A stretch of 64,000 nt of DNA from a virus, in the IMG/VR virus record IMGVR_UViG_3300029585_000085, positions 13,133 through 77,132 of that record; one strand, given 5' to 3'. Positions 1-9,064 of this stretch are shown here, piece after piece. A program made the position numbers and the translations under genes. Positions within the stretch are counted from its first letter, which is position 1. Every line of letters begins with the position of its first letter. A model generated the notes under the pieces. It was not told the origin of the DNA and made no database searches. It saw only the letters and a program-made list of their open reading frames with translations.

Positions 1-12
1 CACCTGTGCAAG

Positions 13-1332
13 GTGATCGTGGACCGCTTCACATCGTTGCTCTTCTCGGAAAAGCGTCACCCCGAGCTTACGGTCGAGGGCGATGAGCTGTCCGAGGACT
101 TCGTTCAGGCAATTGCCGAGGCTGGCCGCCTCTGGCCAACCATGATGATGGCTCGAACTTTCGGTGGGGCATGCGGCTCTGTCGCTGTTGGCTTCCAATT
201 CATCGACGGCCGCCCCTACTTCGAGGTTCACGACCCTCGGTGGGTCTTTCCGAAGTTTTCCGACAGGACCACGCTTGAGCTTGAGGCCCTAGAAAAGCGC
301 TACGTCTTCTATCAAGAGATGTGGGACCCAGAGGAAGAGCGCTATGTCCAGATGCCCTTCTGGTACCGCAGAGTTATCGACACCGAGAAGGATGTCATCT
401 ACAAGCCTTGCCCAGTTGGCGACGGAAGCGAGCCCGACTGGTCCAGTCTGAAGGACAAAGAGGTGATCCACAACTTCGGCTTCTGCCCCGCGGTATGGAT
501 TCAGAACATCCCCGTAGTCGGCGACATCGACGGCCTCTCCGACTGCCATGGCACCTACGACATGATGGAGCAGATCGACTCCCTCTACTCGCAGAGCCAG
601 AAGGGCATCATCGCAAACTGTGACCCGACTCTCGTCATCTCCTCGGAGGGTGAGATGGACAGCGTCTCGACGGGCTCCGACAACGCGATTCACGTCCCCG
701 GCGGGACGGTGAGCTACTTGGAACTCCAGGGAGCCGGCTCTCGCGCAGCTCGCGAGCAGGCCAAGGAGTACCGGTCCATGGTCCTTGAGGTGAACCAGTG
801 CTTCCTTGAGGGAGACAGCACGGCGGCTGCCATGACGGCGACAGAGGTCGAGCGCCGGTACAGCTCGATGCTTGCCAAGGCCGACATCCTTCGCGAACAG
901 TACGGGGAGCGTGGGGTCAAGCCTCTGATGAAGAAGGTCGTCCTCGCAGTGAAGAAGCTCACCGCTCCGGCCATCATCGGTGGACAGATTCAGCGCCGCA
1001 TCGTCAACCTGCCCAAGAGGGTAGTGATGGACGAGGAGGGAAAGGTCATCAAGCGCGAGACTCGACGGCTTGGTTCCGACTCTCAGAGCATCGGACTGGA
1101 CTGGCCCAAGTACTTCGAGCCAAGCGCGCAGGACATCCAGCAGGCCGTCGGAGCAGCGTCGGCGGCAAAGAGTGCAGGGCTCATCGACCAGGAGCACGCG
1201 AGCCGCTCGGTTGCCCCGTTCTTCGGAGTGGAGGACCTCCAGGCCATGCTCGCGATTCTCAAAGCAGAAGCAGAGAAGCAAGGGCGCTCTCTACAGGATA
1301 TGATCAGCGGGTATGGCGGCGACCGATACTGA
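13..1332 (+). CDS. Portal protein (probably 5'-truncated by the window edge)
   Basis: 439-aa ORF at the head of the structural operon, upstream of MuF/scaffold/capsid genes; portal-like character; reading frame may continue upstream of base 13. Confidence 0.75.
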   Translation: MIVDRFTSLLFSEKRHPELTVEGDELSEDFVQAIAEAGRLWPTMMMARTFGGACGSVAVGFQFIDGRPYFEVHDPRWVFPKFSDRTTLELEALEKRYVFYQEMWDPEEERYVQMPFWYRRVIDTEKDVIYKPCPVGDGSEPDWSSLKDKEVIHNFGFCPAVWIQNIPVVGDIDGLSDCHGTYDMMEQIDSLYSQSQKGIIANCDPTLVISSEGEMDSVSTGSDNAIHVPGGTVSYLELQGAGSRAAREQAKEYRSMVLEVNQCFLEGDSTAAAMTATEVERRYSSMLAKADILREQYGERGVKPLMKKVVLAVKKLTAPAIIGGQIQRRIVNLPKRVVMDEEGKVIKRETRRLGSDSQSIGLDWPKYFEPSAQDIQQAVGAASAAKSAGLIDQEHASRSVAPFFGVEDLQAMLAILKAEAEKQGRSLQDMISGYGGDRY

Positions 1333-1501
1333 TAAGCCGATGACCATCGACTTCGTCGTCAAGCGACCGAAGGCGGAGTCCCGATGGCGGTGGTTCGTGG
1401 CCTACCATCTCATCAAACTGGCAGCGCGGTTCTACCCCTTCCAGTTTCAGATGTACCGAACCCCGGAGATCCAAGACTATGTCCACCGCCCTCCTCATTA
1501 G
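1313..1501 (+). CDS. Small hypothetical protein (alternative start 1340)
   Basis: 62-aa ORF filling the gap between the portal and the next gene. Confidence 0.45.
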   Translation: MAATDTDKPMTIDFVVKRPKAESRWRWFVAYHLIKLAARFYPFQFQMYRTPEIQDYVHRPPH

Positions 1502-2015
1502 CCTTCTGGCACTCTGTCCGCCCCTATTCATCGTCCTTCATACGCTGATAGGGGCTTTTCTGATTCCGATCTACGGCGTCGAGAAGATTCGATGGAGAGC
1601 CGGGGCCATCGAAATCGTCGCCAAGACGAAAGAGGTCGAGATCCGAGGAAGGAAACAAGAGGTCACCCGTATCTGGTTTCGACCGGGCGCGCAGACCTGG
1701 GGCCTCATCATCTTCTTCGCGGACGAGCGGAACTTGAAACACGAACCCCTCCAGGTGCATGAGCGGGTTCACATCATCCAGACTTACTTGTTCGGAGTGC
1801 TCTACCTGCTCACTTACGGGATAGCGTTCGGCATCCTCTTCGCGATCGTTAAACTGAAGCTCGACTGGTGGGAGCGCAAGAAGTACCCGAACGGCGAGGA
1901 AGACGATGACGTGTGGCACGCCTACCGGAAGATTCCGTGGGAGATTTGGGCCTACGCGAAAGAGGACAAGTTCGAACGCGGCGAATTAGTCGGAGCCTGG
2001 GGCTCGTTCGACTAA
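1479..2015 (+). CDS. Membrane protein with HExxH zinc-metallopeptidase motif
   Basis: Hydrophobic N-terminus; VHERVHIIQ followed by a TM segment and a PWEIWAY third-ligand-like motif; GGAG upstream. Confidence 0.7.
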   Translation: MSTALLISLLALCPPLFIVLHTLIGAFLIPIYGVEKIRWRAGAIEIVAKTKEVEIRGRKQEVTRIWFRPGAQTWGLIIFFADERNLKHEPLQVHERVHIIQTYLFGVLYLLTYGIAFGILFAIVKLKLDWWERKKYPNGEEDDDVWHAYRKIPWEIWAYAKEDKFERGELVGAWGSFD

Positions 2016-2025
2016 ACTCCCCCTC

Positions 2026-2262
2026 GTGGGGTTCATCGTCAACTACTGCGAAGAGCGCCTCCTGTTCATCGGAAGGTGCAACCTCTATCCGCTTTATGAG
2101 GCAACGGGCGAGACCGCCGAAGAGGCGATGGTGGCAATCATGCGTCTTGTCGATGGCCTCGACCACGACAACGAGCCCACCGACGTTGACCACTCGATCG
2201 AGTTGGATGAGACTCTAGAGATAACGAACACCTCATGGCCGCCGTTCTTAGAGCTGCTCTGA
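2026..2262 (+). CDS. Small hypothetical, weakly HicB N-domain-like
   Basis: ATGETAEEAM resembles the HicB GxTxEEA motif; GTG start with no clear RBS. Confidence 0.35.
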   Translation: MGFIVNYCEERLLFIGRCNLYPLYEATGETAEEAMVAIMRLVDGLDHDNEPTDVDHSIELDETLEITNTSWPPFLELL

Positions 2263-2281
2263 GTTTGCAAGGGAGATAGGG

Positions 2282-2716
2282 ATGATCATCGCCATCGATT
2301 TCGACAACACGGTGGTGGAGCAGGAGGGGCGCTACGACGACCTGGAGACTCCGCTGAGGCTGAAGCCGATGGCTCGGCCTGCACTCATGGCCTTGAAGGC
2401 CGCTGGGCACACGCTTTTGCTCTACTCGGCGCGCGCCAACCAGGCTCTTCTCGGTTCTCCGACCTCCGATCCGCTTCACAGGGCCGGAATCGTCAACCGT
2501 GAACAAAAGCCCGAGTCGGAGGCCCTCAACCGCGCTCGCTATGAGCAAATGGTGGATTTCGTGAACAAGAAGCTCCCCAAGATCTTCGACGCAATCGATG
2601 ACGGGCTTCAGGGCAAACCAAACGCCGACTTGTTCATCGACGATAAAGCCATTACCTTCGGACCACTAGGATTGAACTGGGGGCAGATAGCTGCCCGTTA
2701 TGGAGAGATAGGATGA
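2282..2716 (+). CDS. HAD-superfamily hydrolase/phosphatase
   Basis: IAIDFDNTV (motif I), YSAR (motif II), KPNADLFIDDK (motifs III/IV). Confidence 0.85.
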   Translation: MIIAIDFDNTVVEQEGRYDDLETPLRLKPMARPALMALKAAGHTLLLYSARANQALLGSPTSDPLHRAGIVNREQKPESEALNRARYEQMVDFVNKKLPKIFDAIDDGLQGKPNADLFIDDKAITFGPLGLNWGQIAARYGEIG

Positions 2717-3156
2717 GCCGAATCATCAAGCCCGGAGAGGCAAACAAGCCCAAGACCATCATTCACCGCTCGAAGCTCTTCGGCGGCAAGAAATCAGCCC
2801 AGGAGATTCACCGGGAATTCGGCATGAAGGGGCGATGCGACCTCTGTGGCGGCCCTCCGGTCATCATGGTGCGCATGATGGCTCTCGTCTCCGAAATCAA
2901 GAAGCGGTCCCCGGAGTACTGGGCGACGGTTTGCGCTTCTGCGGCCCAGAACGGCTCCGTGGACAAGAACGGCAACGTCCGAGTCCCTACGATCGATACG
3001 ACATATGGCCGAATGATCCGCTTTTCCCAGGCCATCGCCTGCGAGCACCACCGCAAAGAGCTGGAGATTACGGCGGCCAGGGCCCCGAGCTGGGTTCTTG
3101 TGGAAATTGACCGCGGTCCCAATGCGGATGCCCCACTCGTCCAAGTGGGTAAATAG
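2713..3156 (+). CDS. Hypothetical protein, possible Zn-binding
   Basis: CDLC and CEHH motifs; ATGA overlap with the HAD gene. Confidence 0.65.
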   Translation: MSRIIKPGEANKPKTIIHRSKLFGGKKSAQEIHREFGMKGRCDLCGGPPVIMVRMMALVSEIKKRSPEYWATVCASAAQNGSVDKNGNVRVPTIDTTYGRMIRFSQAIACEHHRKELEITAARAPSWVLVEIDRGPNADAPLVQVGK

Positions 3157-3518
3157 TGGGGAAGCTCCTGGTCGACCTTCGGAACCTCCGCAACGATGCG
3201 AGGTACGAAGCCATGAAGCCCTCCGAAAGGCGGGCCATGGAAAACACCCTGCGCGAAGCAGAGGAGCACGGCGCCGACATCAAGAAAAACGGCTTCGGTG
3301 GACTACCTCCAAGCCTAGCCCTTGGCGTTTATCGGCGAGACGGCTGGAGGTGCAAGGCATGCGGCACTTCCCAGAACCTCGGCCTTCACCACAAGGGCGG
3401 CATCAAGACCTCGAAGCACGCATGGCGACGCAAGACCAACAATTTGACGAATCTCGTTGTCATCTGCCAGGGTTGCCATAGTCGAGTCCATACCGAGGAC
3501 AACGAACAGTCCGAGTAG
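3156..3518 (+). CDS. HNH endonuclease
   Basis: RRDGWRCKACG...LHHK...NNLTNLVVICQGCHSRVH. Confidence 0.88.
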   Translation: MGKLLVDLRNLRNDARYEAMKPSERRAMENTLREAEEHGADIKKNGFGGLPPSLALGVYRRDGWRCKACGTSQNLGLHHKGGIKTSKHAWRRKTNNLTNLVVICQGCHSRVHTEDNEQSE

Positions 3519-3532
3519 GCTCGGCGCGAGCC

Positions 3533-4471
3533 ATGCCTTCTATCTTCGACCAGATCAGCCGCGAGCACGCGAAGAGACTCAACCGGCTGATCGAGCGCGG
3601 AGGGGTGCTTCGCCTGAAGCGTCTTTACGACCAGGCGCAGAAGGACCTCACCAACAAGCTCAAGATGCGGATGGCCGCCGGCGACGGTGAGTTCACCATT
3701 GGGCAAATGCAGATGTTCCAGGCCATCTTGAAGGAGGGCCAGGTCAAGATCGCAGCCAGTATGGGAGACGCGCTGGCCGCTGCGACCGAGGAGACCAAGG
3801 CCGATGCTCTGCGGGCTGCCATCCGGGACTTCAAGCGCCTGGAGAGAAGGTTCGGGGGCACCAATATCACTCTTCCTGTCGAGGAGGCCGCGCGCTTCGC
3901 TGGGGTGCTTGGCAAGAACACCTCCCTGATTCGAAAGAACTCCTCGAAGCTCATGGGCAACGTGGGAGCGACCACCATCGCCAAGCTGGAGCAGGAACTT
4001 GCGGTCTCTCTCGCAACCGGAGAGACTGTTGGAGACGCAATCAGCCGCGTCCAGCAAGTTACAGGCAACCAGTGGTGGCAATCCGAGCGAATAGTCCGAA
4101 CCGAGCAAGCGTGGGCCTTCAATGCGACCCACGCCGATGCGATAGAGGACGCGCAGGACGAAATCCCGGACCTCATGATGCGCTGGACGGAGCTTGTGAG
4201 CGACTCAACGGGGGCGAAGCTTGATGATCGAGTTGAGGCCGACTCCCTCGCCATGCATGGGCAAGTTGCTCCGCCTGGCGGAAAGTTCACGATGCCTTCG
4301 GGTAAAGCCGGGGTACCAGTTTCGATGTGGGGGAAGAGTTGGTCGCATCCCCCGAATAGACCCAACGACCGAGCAACCCTTCAACCCTGGCGTCCGCATT
4401 GGGGAATACCCGGTTGGGTACTCCGAGGCGGCCGCCGCAGATCTCTTGCCCAGAGAAAACGTAAGCGATAG
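3533..4471 (+). CDS. Head morphogenesis/minor capsid protein (MuF, SPP1 gp7-like)
   Basis: SERIVRTEQAWAFN motif, C-terminal HPPNRPNDR, position between portal and scaffold. Confidence 0.8.
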   Translation: MPSIFDQISREHAKRLNRLIERGGVLRLKRLYDQAQKDLTNKLKMRMAAGDGEFTIGQMQMFQAILKEGQVKIAASMGDALAAATEETKADALRAAIRDFKRLERRFGGTNITLPVEEAARFAGVLGKNTSLIRKNSSKLMGNVGATTIAKLEQELAVSLATGETVGDAISRVQQVTGNQWWQSERIVRTEQAWAFNATHADAIEDAQDEIPDLMMRWTELVSDSTGAKLDDRVEADSLAMHGQVAPPGGKFTMPSGKAGVPVSMWGKSWSHPPNRPNDRATLQPWRPHWGIPGWVLRGGRRRSLAQRKRKR

Positions 4472-4510
4472 GCTTTCTTCGCTTCAGCCACCCGATAGGA
4501 GAAAATTCCA

Positions 4511-5044
4511 ATGATGGATCCCAAGAAACTAGGCGCCCTTGTAGAAGAGCATTCCAAGTCCCCCATGCTTGACCTTCCGGTCGACGAAACCGAAGGCGAA
4601 AGCCCAGAAGAGGTCGATCTCATCGGTCGTGGCGAAGAGCTTCTCACCTCTATGGGTGAGTTCGGCGGCGAGCTGCGGGAATCCGCCGACATCATCGTCG
4701 ACAACGCCATGGACATCGGAGCCGACCTGGCCGCCGAGGAGATGGCCGAGGAAACCATGGAAGCTGCCGAGGAATTCGCGGACGCGATGCCTCCTTTTAT
4801 GGTCGAGGGCTTCGCCGAGGAGCTGAACAGCAAAGAGCGCGGCGATCTTGAAGCAATCGGCGCCGTTCTTGACGCTGCTGTCGAGAGCGACACCCCAGAA
4901 GGTGAGCACTCTCCGGAGATGGCTGCCAAGGTAGGTGGCTTGCTCAAGGCTGCCGCTGCTTGCTGTGCTGAGGACGACATGGACATGGACGACGAGGACA
5001 TGGACGACGACCTCGACGCAGAGCCTACGGAGGACATGGAGTAG
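4511..5044 (+). CDS. Highly acidic hypothetical protein
   Basis: 177 aa, D/E-rich, AGGAG RBS. Confidence 0.8.
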   Translation: MMDPKKLGALVEEHSKSPMLDLPVDETEGESPEEVDLIGRGEELLTSMGEFGGELRESADIIVDNAMDIGADLAAEEMAEETMEAAEEFADAMPPFMVEGFAEELNSKERGDLEAIGAVLDAAVESDTPEGEHSPEMAAKVGGLLKAAAACCAEDDMDMDDEDMDDDLDAEPTEDME

Positions 5045-5088
5045 TCCGTTTCTTGACGGCTACATCCAAGAGGCCCTAACCTACGTAC

Positions 5089-5292
5089 ATGGCGAAATCC
5101 AAGCACAACGCGGTCCTGCCCCTTCCTGGGAACTCCAACGCAACCCAGAACTTCAACAAGGAGCAGGAATGGAAATCGCCAGACGATTCGAACAACGGGA
5201 ACATCGGGTTCGATGACGCCTACGGCGGAAAGCCCGCCAAGGCGCTCACCAGCCCCGGTTCCTTCATCAAGAACCTGAGAGGCGGTCGATAA
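5089..5292 (+). CDS. Small protein A (C-terminus SFIKNLRGGR)
   Basis: 67-aa ORF, TAATG coupling to the next ORF. Confidence 0.65.
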   Translation: MAKSKHNAVLPLPGNSNATQNFNKEQEWKSPDDSNNGNIGFDDAYGGKPAKALTSPGSFIKNLRGGR

Positions 5293-5507
5293 TGCCACAA
5301 CCATCACCCGGAAACCTGCGAAGCCCACGCAAGCGCGCTCTTGAAATTGGAACCGATCGGAGCAAGTTCCCCGACGGCGTCGCATACGACCCTTCCGCGG
5401 GAACCCCGGCCGGAGACTCCGGCGGCTCGTACCAAGAGCCTGTCGAGCGCGGCCCGGCACCAGGACCAGGCGGCCCCAACCCGTCTCCCTTCAGCAACCT
5501 TCGATAG
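5292..5507 (+). CDS. Small protein B (C-terminus PNPSPFSNLR)
   Basis: 71-aa ORF translationally coupled to A. Confidence 0.65.
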   Translation: MPQPSPGNLRSPRKRALEIGTDRSKFPDGVAYDPSAGTPAGDSGGSYQEPVERGPAPGPGGPNPSPFSNLR

Positions 5508-5549
5508 CGTCCCGCGTTACTCGCACCAACCCAAAGCAGGAGAGAGACA

Positions 5550-5681
5550 ATGGAACAACCATGGCCAGCAGGCGTAGACAAGAGCAAGTACAAGTGCCCA
5601 GTGAACGGGTACAGCAAGGACAAGCTCTTGCCCAACACGAAGCCCGCCGCTCCAGACCCTCAGCCATTCCGGTCACGATAG
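5550..5681 (+). CDS. Small protein C, 43 aa (MEQPWPAGVDKSKY...PDPQPFRSR); not in ORF track
   Basis: Manual translation; AGGAG RBS; similarity to protein B. Confidence 0.65.
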   Translation: MEQPWPAGVDKSKYKCPVNGYSKDKLLPNTKPAAPDPQPFRSR

Positions 5682-5711
5682 TTTGAATCTTCTCTGATAC
5701 TTAACCAACCC

Positions 5712-5745
5712 GCCGCCCCTTCTTGATTGAACGGGCGGCTTACTT
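5712..5745 (+). terminator. Possible weak terminator hairpin
   Basis: GCCGCCC/GGGCGGC 7-bp stem followed by TTACTT. Confidence 0.3.
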
Positions 5746-5752
5746 GTGCAGC

Positions 5753-6145
5753 ATGTCCGACACCTTCTCACTCTCAGCACACGCAAGGTCTGCCCCGAAC
5801 AACACGCTGCCGCTCGGCTCGGGTTGTCCGACCATTGACTTTCCTTTTTCCGAAGAAGTCGCCCTCGCAGTTAAGAACTACGACGAGGTGAACCTCACGG
5901 TGGACACGCCTGTCCCCGTCGTCTTCGGAGGCGTTACAAACGCATCGGTCGTCATCATTTCGCCAACGAACGGCGCGAAGGTGACAGCCCGCATCACTTC
6001 TGCCGACGGAGTCGAGCAATCGATTCCAGTGGACGATGTCCTGATCCTCATCAGTCGATCCGTCCCCATCACGGCCATAGATTTGACCCGAGTTCCCGCA
6101 ACGGATACTAAGGTCAAGGTCTTCTTGGGAGAGAAGACGCAATAA
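5753..6145 (+). CDS. Virion/head-associated hypothetical protein
   Basis: Beta-rich 130-aa ORF in the head module (start 5723 or 5753). Confidence 0.7.
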   Translation: MSDTFSLSAHARSAPNNTLPLGSGCPTIDFPFSEEVALAVKNYDEVNLTVDTPVPVVFGGVTNASVVIISPTNGAKVTARITSADGVEQSIPVDDVLILISRSVPITAIDLTRVPATDTKVKVFLGEKTQ

Positions 6146-6163
6146 CCCAGATAGGAGAACCCC

Positions 6164-6553
6164 ATGACCACGACTGTAGATTTGAACCTGGCCGGTGTCG
6201 TTGACGAGGCCGACCCCAACAAGATCTCCGACGCTCTTCGCCTTGTGAAGCTCGGAACCCTTCTCACCCCTCAGGGGCGCACGATCACTCAGCCCGCTGC
6301 GGCTACCGTGACTCTCGACCCACCCGCAATGGGACCTGCTTCGGTTTCCGCTCGCGTGACCGCTGGCGCTGCCGCTGCTGGCCGCCGAGACATCTCGGAT
6401 TCCGGGGACACCCCATCCGCCACACTCGCCACTCTGAGCGACGACGGCGCAACTCTCACCTTTGAGGCCGATGTGACCGACGTTGTTGTCGATTACCTCC
6501 CTCGCCCTGCGGCCGATATGGCCGGAGATTTCCCACAGACCGGTAACGGCTAG
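6164..6553 (+). CDS. Putative head decoration protein
   Basis: 129 aa, A/T/P-rich, AGGAG RBS, lies just upstream of scaffold/capsid. Confidence 0.55.
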   Translation: MTTTVDLNLAGVVDEADPNKISDALRLVKLGTLLTPQGRTITQPAAATVTLDPPAMGPASVSARVTAGAAAAGRRDISDSGDTPSATLATLSDDGATLTFEADVTDVVVDYLPRPAADMAGDFPQTGNG

Positions 6554-6697
6554 GAATTCGCCTAGCCCGAGCCACTCACCTACTGGAGGAGTCGCCTACT
6601 CGGAACATAGCTTGACGGCTTGCCCCGTCACCCACGCGACGACGGCGGTTAACAGTCGGTCAAGACCGAGAGGGCACCCAGAGCAAAAGAGGAAGCG

Positions 6698-7636
6698 ATG
6701 CCGCCAGAAGAACTCGAAACGCCACAGCCAACAGGAAACCCAGAACCACCGAAGACGCCCGACCCACTTGTTACAGCAACTCCAGAACCAGTCGTTACGG
6801 CTCCACCTACAGGGGCGACCGAACCCCCGGCAGCCGATACCACTGAGAAAGAGACGGTAACTCATCAAGTGCCCCAGGCAGAGTTCAAGAAGCTGAAGGA
6901 GAAGGAACGAGAGAAAGGACGAAAAGCAGCACTCGCGGAGATCACCGAGAAGGTGAAAGCCGCCGGGTTCGAGTCGCTGGATGAGGCCCTAGGTCAAATC
7001 CCTAAGCTCGCAGCTCAAGTCGAAGAACTTCTCTCAAAACCCCAACCGACAGACAACGAGGACGAAACCATGGCACAACAGAAGAAGAAACCGGCCAACA
7101 AGAACGGGCAGAGCAAGCGAAACAACACTCGCGGGAAGAAAGATAGGATGGAAAGCAAGGACGCTAAGGAGATCGCACGCCTCGAAAGAGAGCGAGCAAA
7201 GGAGCGCGAACGCTGGCGCAAAGAAGAAAAGCGCCGCAAAGCGACGGAGAAGAAACTCGCTGCAACGGAAGCAATGATGGAACTCCGAGAGGTAGCCATC
7301 AACGCAGGGGTGAAGGATGTCGATTACGCCGTCCGCCTGATGACGCGAGAGTGCGAAGGAAAGACCAAAGAAGAGCTAGCAGCCTTCGATGAGACCGCCT
7401 TCTTCACTGGCCTTCGAGACACCAAACCGTATCTCTTCGGAGAGACGACTGTCCCGGCTAATACCGGAACCGGAGGGGACGACGAAACGACCCCAGCTGT
7501 TCCCAAGCCTGGAGAGGTTATGACCCAAACTGGCGAGGACAAGATGTTCGACGCCCGGACCGCTTCCAAAGAGGAGATCGACGCTCGCAAACGCGAACTC
7601 GGAATCTCTACGAACGGTTCGAGCCCAACACTCTAA
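6698..7636 (+). CDS. Capsid scaffolding protein
   Basis: P/T/E-rich N-terminus, long charged coiled coil, immediately upstream of the major capsid gene. Confidence 0.75.
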   Translation: MPPEELETPQPTGNPEPPKTPDPLVTATPEPVVTAPPTGATEPPAADTTEKETVTHQVPQAEFKKLKEKEREKGRKAALAEITEKVKAAGFESLDEALGQIPKLAAQVEELLSKPQPTDNEDETMAQQKKKPANKNGQSKRNNTRGKKDRMESKDAKEIARLERERAKERERWRKEEKRRKATEKKLAATEAMMELREVAINAGVKDVDYAVRLMTRECEGKTKEELAAFDETAFFTGLRDTKPYLFGETTVPANTGTGGDDETTPAVPKPGEVMTQTGEDKMFDARTASKEEIDARKRELGISTNGSSPTL

Positions 7637-7675
7637 CCACCTCGCTTCTTCATCTAGTAGGAGCTAAAACAAACC

Positions 7676-9064
7676 ATGTCCGTACCTGATTTCTCAACCA
7701 TCGTCCAAGCGCCCCAGATTCGTGCGCTTGTCCAGGAAAACCTCCTGGAGCGAGCCTTCCATGACTCGCTTTTCCCTCGTCTCCTGTTCCGCGCCGAAGT
7801 CTCTCCTGAAGAGTGGGCCGCGAACGTCGGTGACTCGATGTTCTTCACCGCTCCTGGCCTCATCAAGCCAAAGCAGAAGCCCATCGTTCCTGGCCAGGAT
7901 CCCCATCCTGAGCAGTACGAGTCTGAGCAGTGGCCCGCCACTCTTCAGCAGTACGCCTCTTCGATCGACACGCATATGCCCACCAGCATCGCGGCGATCG
8001 CCAACCTGTTCCTCCGCAACGGACAGCAGATTGGTCTCCAGGCTGGCCAAACCCTGAACCGCATCGTCCGTAACCGGATGTACAACGCGGCAATGGCTGG
8101 CCACACCGTCGCCGACGGTCCCCAGGGCCCAACGACCTCTCTCCGCGTTCAGCGCTTGAATGGATTCACCTCCGCTCGATCCGCTGCCGGTTCGCAGGTC
8201 CGCTTCGACACTGTGTCGGGCAGCAACCCTCTCGCTGTGACGGTTTTCGAGTCTGGTGTTCCAGCTGCTCGCAACGTCATCGGCTTCACCCCCGACACTG
8301 CTGGCGACTGCTTCGGCCCTGGCGTGCTCCTTCTGGACGCCGCTGTGACCGTCATCGATCGCGACCCTGTTCAGGCAGGCGACCGAACGAACCTCGTCCG
8401 CGTTGGCGGCGGCGACTCCATCGACGCCATCTCTGGTGCCGACCTCCTGAACCTGGCTGCCATCCGCGCCGCCGTTTCCCGGTTCTGGCAGGCCAACGTT
8501 CCCGAGATGCCCGATGGTCGCTTCCACTGTCACCTCGACCCCACCAGCCAGGCCCAGGTCTTCGCTGATCCCGAGTGGCAGCGTCTGCTCACCTCGTTGC
8601 CGGACTACTACATGTACAAGCAGTTCACCATTGGTGAGCTTCTCAACTGCGTGTTCTTCCGCAACAACGAGTGCCCGCAAATCGACACCGTCGAGGGCGC
8701 AGACACCAACAGCTACACCGACGACGATCCGTTCGGTGGCGAACTGACGAACGACTCGGGTGTGCGTATCCACCGCGCCCTGTTCGTTGGCGAAGGCGCG
8801 ATCTACGAGTACTACCAGGCTCTCGATCAGCTCATCACCGACGCCGGTATCACTGGCAAGGTGGGAGACGCCTCCATCACCAACAACGGCATCCAAGTGA
8901 TGACCGACCGCATCCAGCTCATCATCCGGGCTCCTTTGAACCGACTCCAAGACCAGGTCTCGACCTCTTGGAAGTTCATCGGCGACTGGCCAGTGCGCAC
9001 GGACGCAACCACCGGCGACGCAGCTCGCTACAAGCGACTGCTCACAGTGGAGCACGGGCAGTAA
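7676..9064 (+). CDS. Major capsid protein (N4-gp56-like family by recall)
   Basis: 462 aa after the scaffold, strong AGGAG RBS, strongly biased codon usage. Confidence 0.85.
   Translation: MSVPDFSTIVQAPQIRALVQENLLERAFHDSLFPRLLFRAEVSPEEWAANVGDSMFFTAPGLIKPKQKPIVPGQDPHPEQYESEQWPATLQQYASSIDTHMPTSIAAIANLFLRNGQQIGLQAGQTLNRIVRNRMYNAAMAGHTVADGPQGPTTSLRVQRLNGFTSARSAAGSQVRFDTVSGSNPLAVTVFESGVPAARNVIGFTPDTAGDCFGPGVLLLDAAVTVIDRDPVQAGDRTNLVRVGGGDSIDAISGADLLNLAAIRAAVSRFWQANVPEMPDGRFHCHLDPTSQAQVFADPEWQRLLTSLPDYYMYKQFTIGELLNCVFFRNNECPQIDTVEGADTNSYTDDDPFGGELTNDSGVRIHRALFVGEGAIYEYYQALDQLITDAGITGKVGDASITNNGIQVMTDRIQLIIRAPLNRLQDQVSTSWKFIGDWPVRTDATTGDAARYKRLLTVEHGQ

Noticed and set aside
2026-2262. Complete HicAB toxin-antitoxin system
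   Set aside because: Only a weak HicB-like motif, no HicA partner and no clear RBS
5695-5702. TGATACTT shared with 14315 as a possible late promoter
   Set aside because: Only 8 nt, also occurs inside coding DNA (near 36357), and no consistent second element
7694-9055. Long antisense ORFs (453 aa here; also 289-1281, 15432-16316, 31064-31945, 4381-5460, 49124-50206 and others)
   Set aside because: Shadow frames of GC-rich genes with strong codon bias; no RBS, motifs or realistic composition
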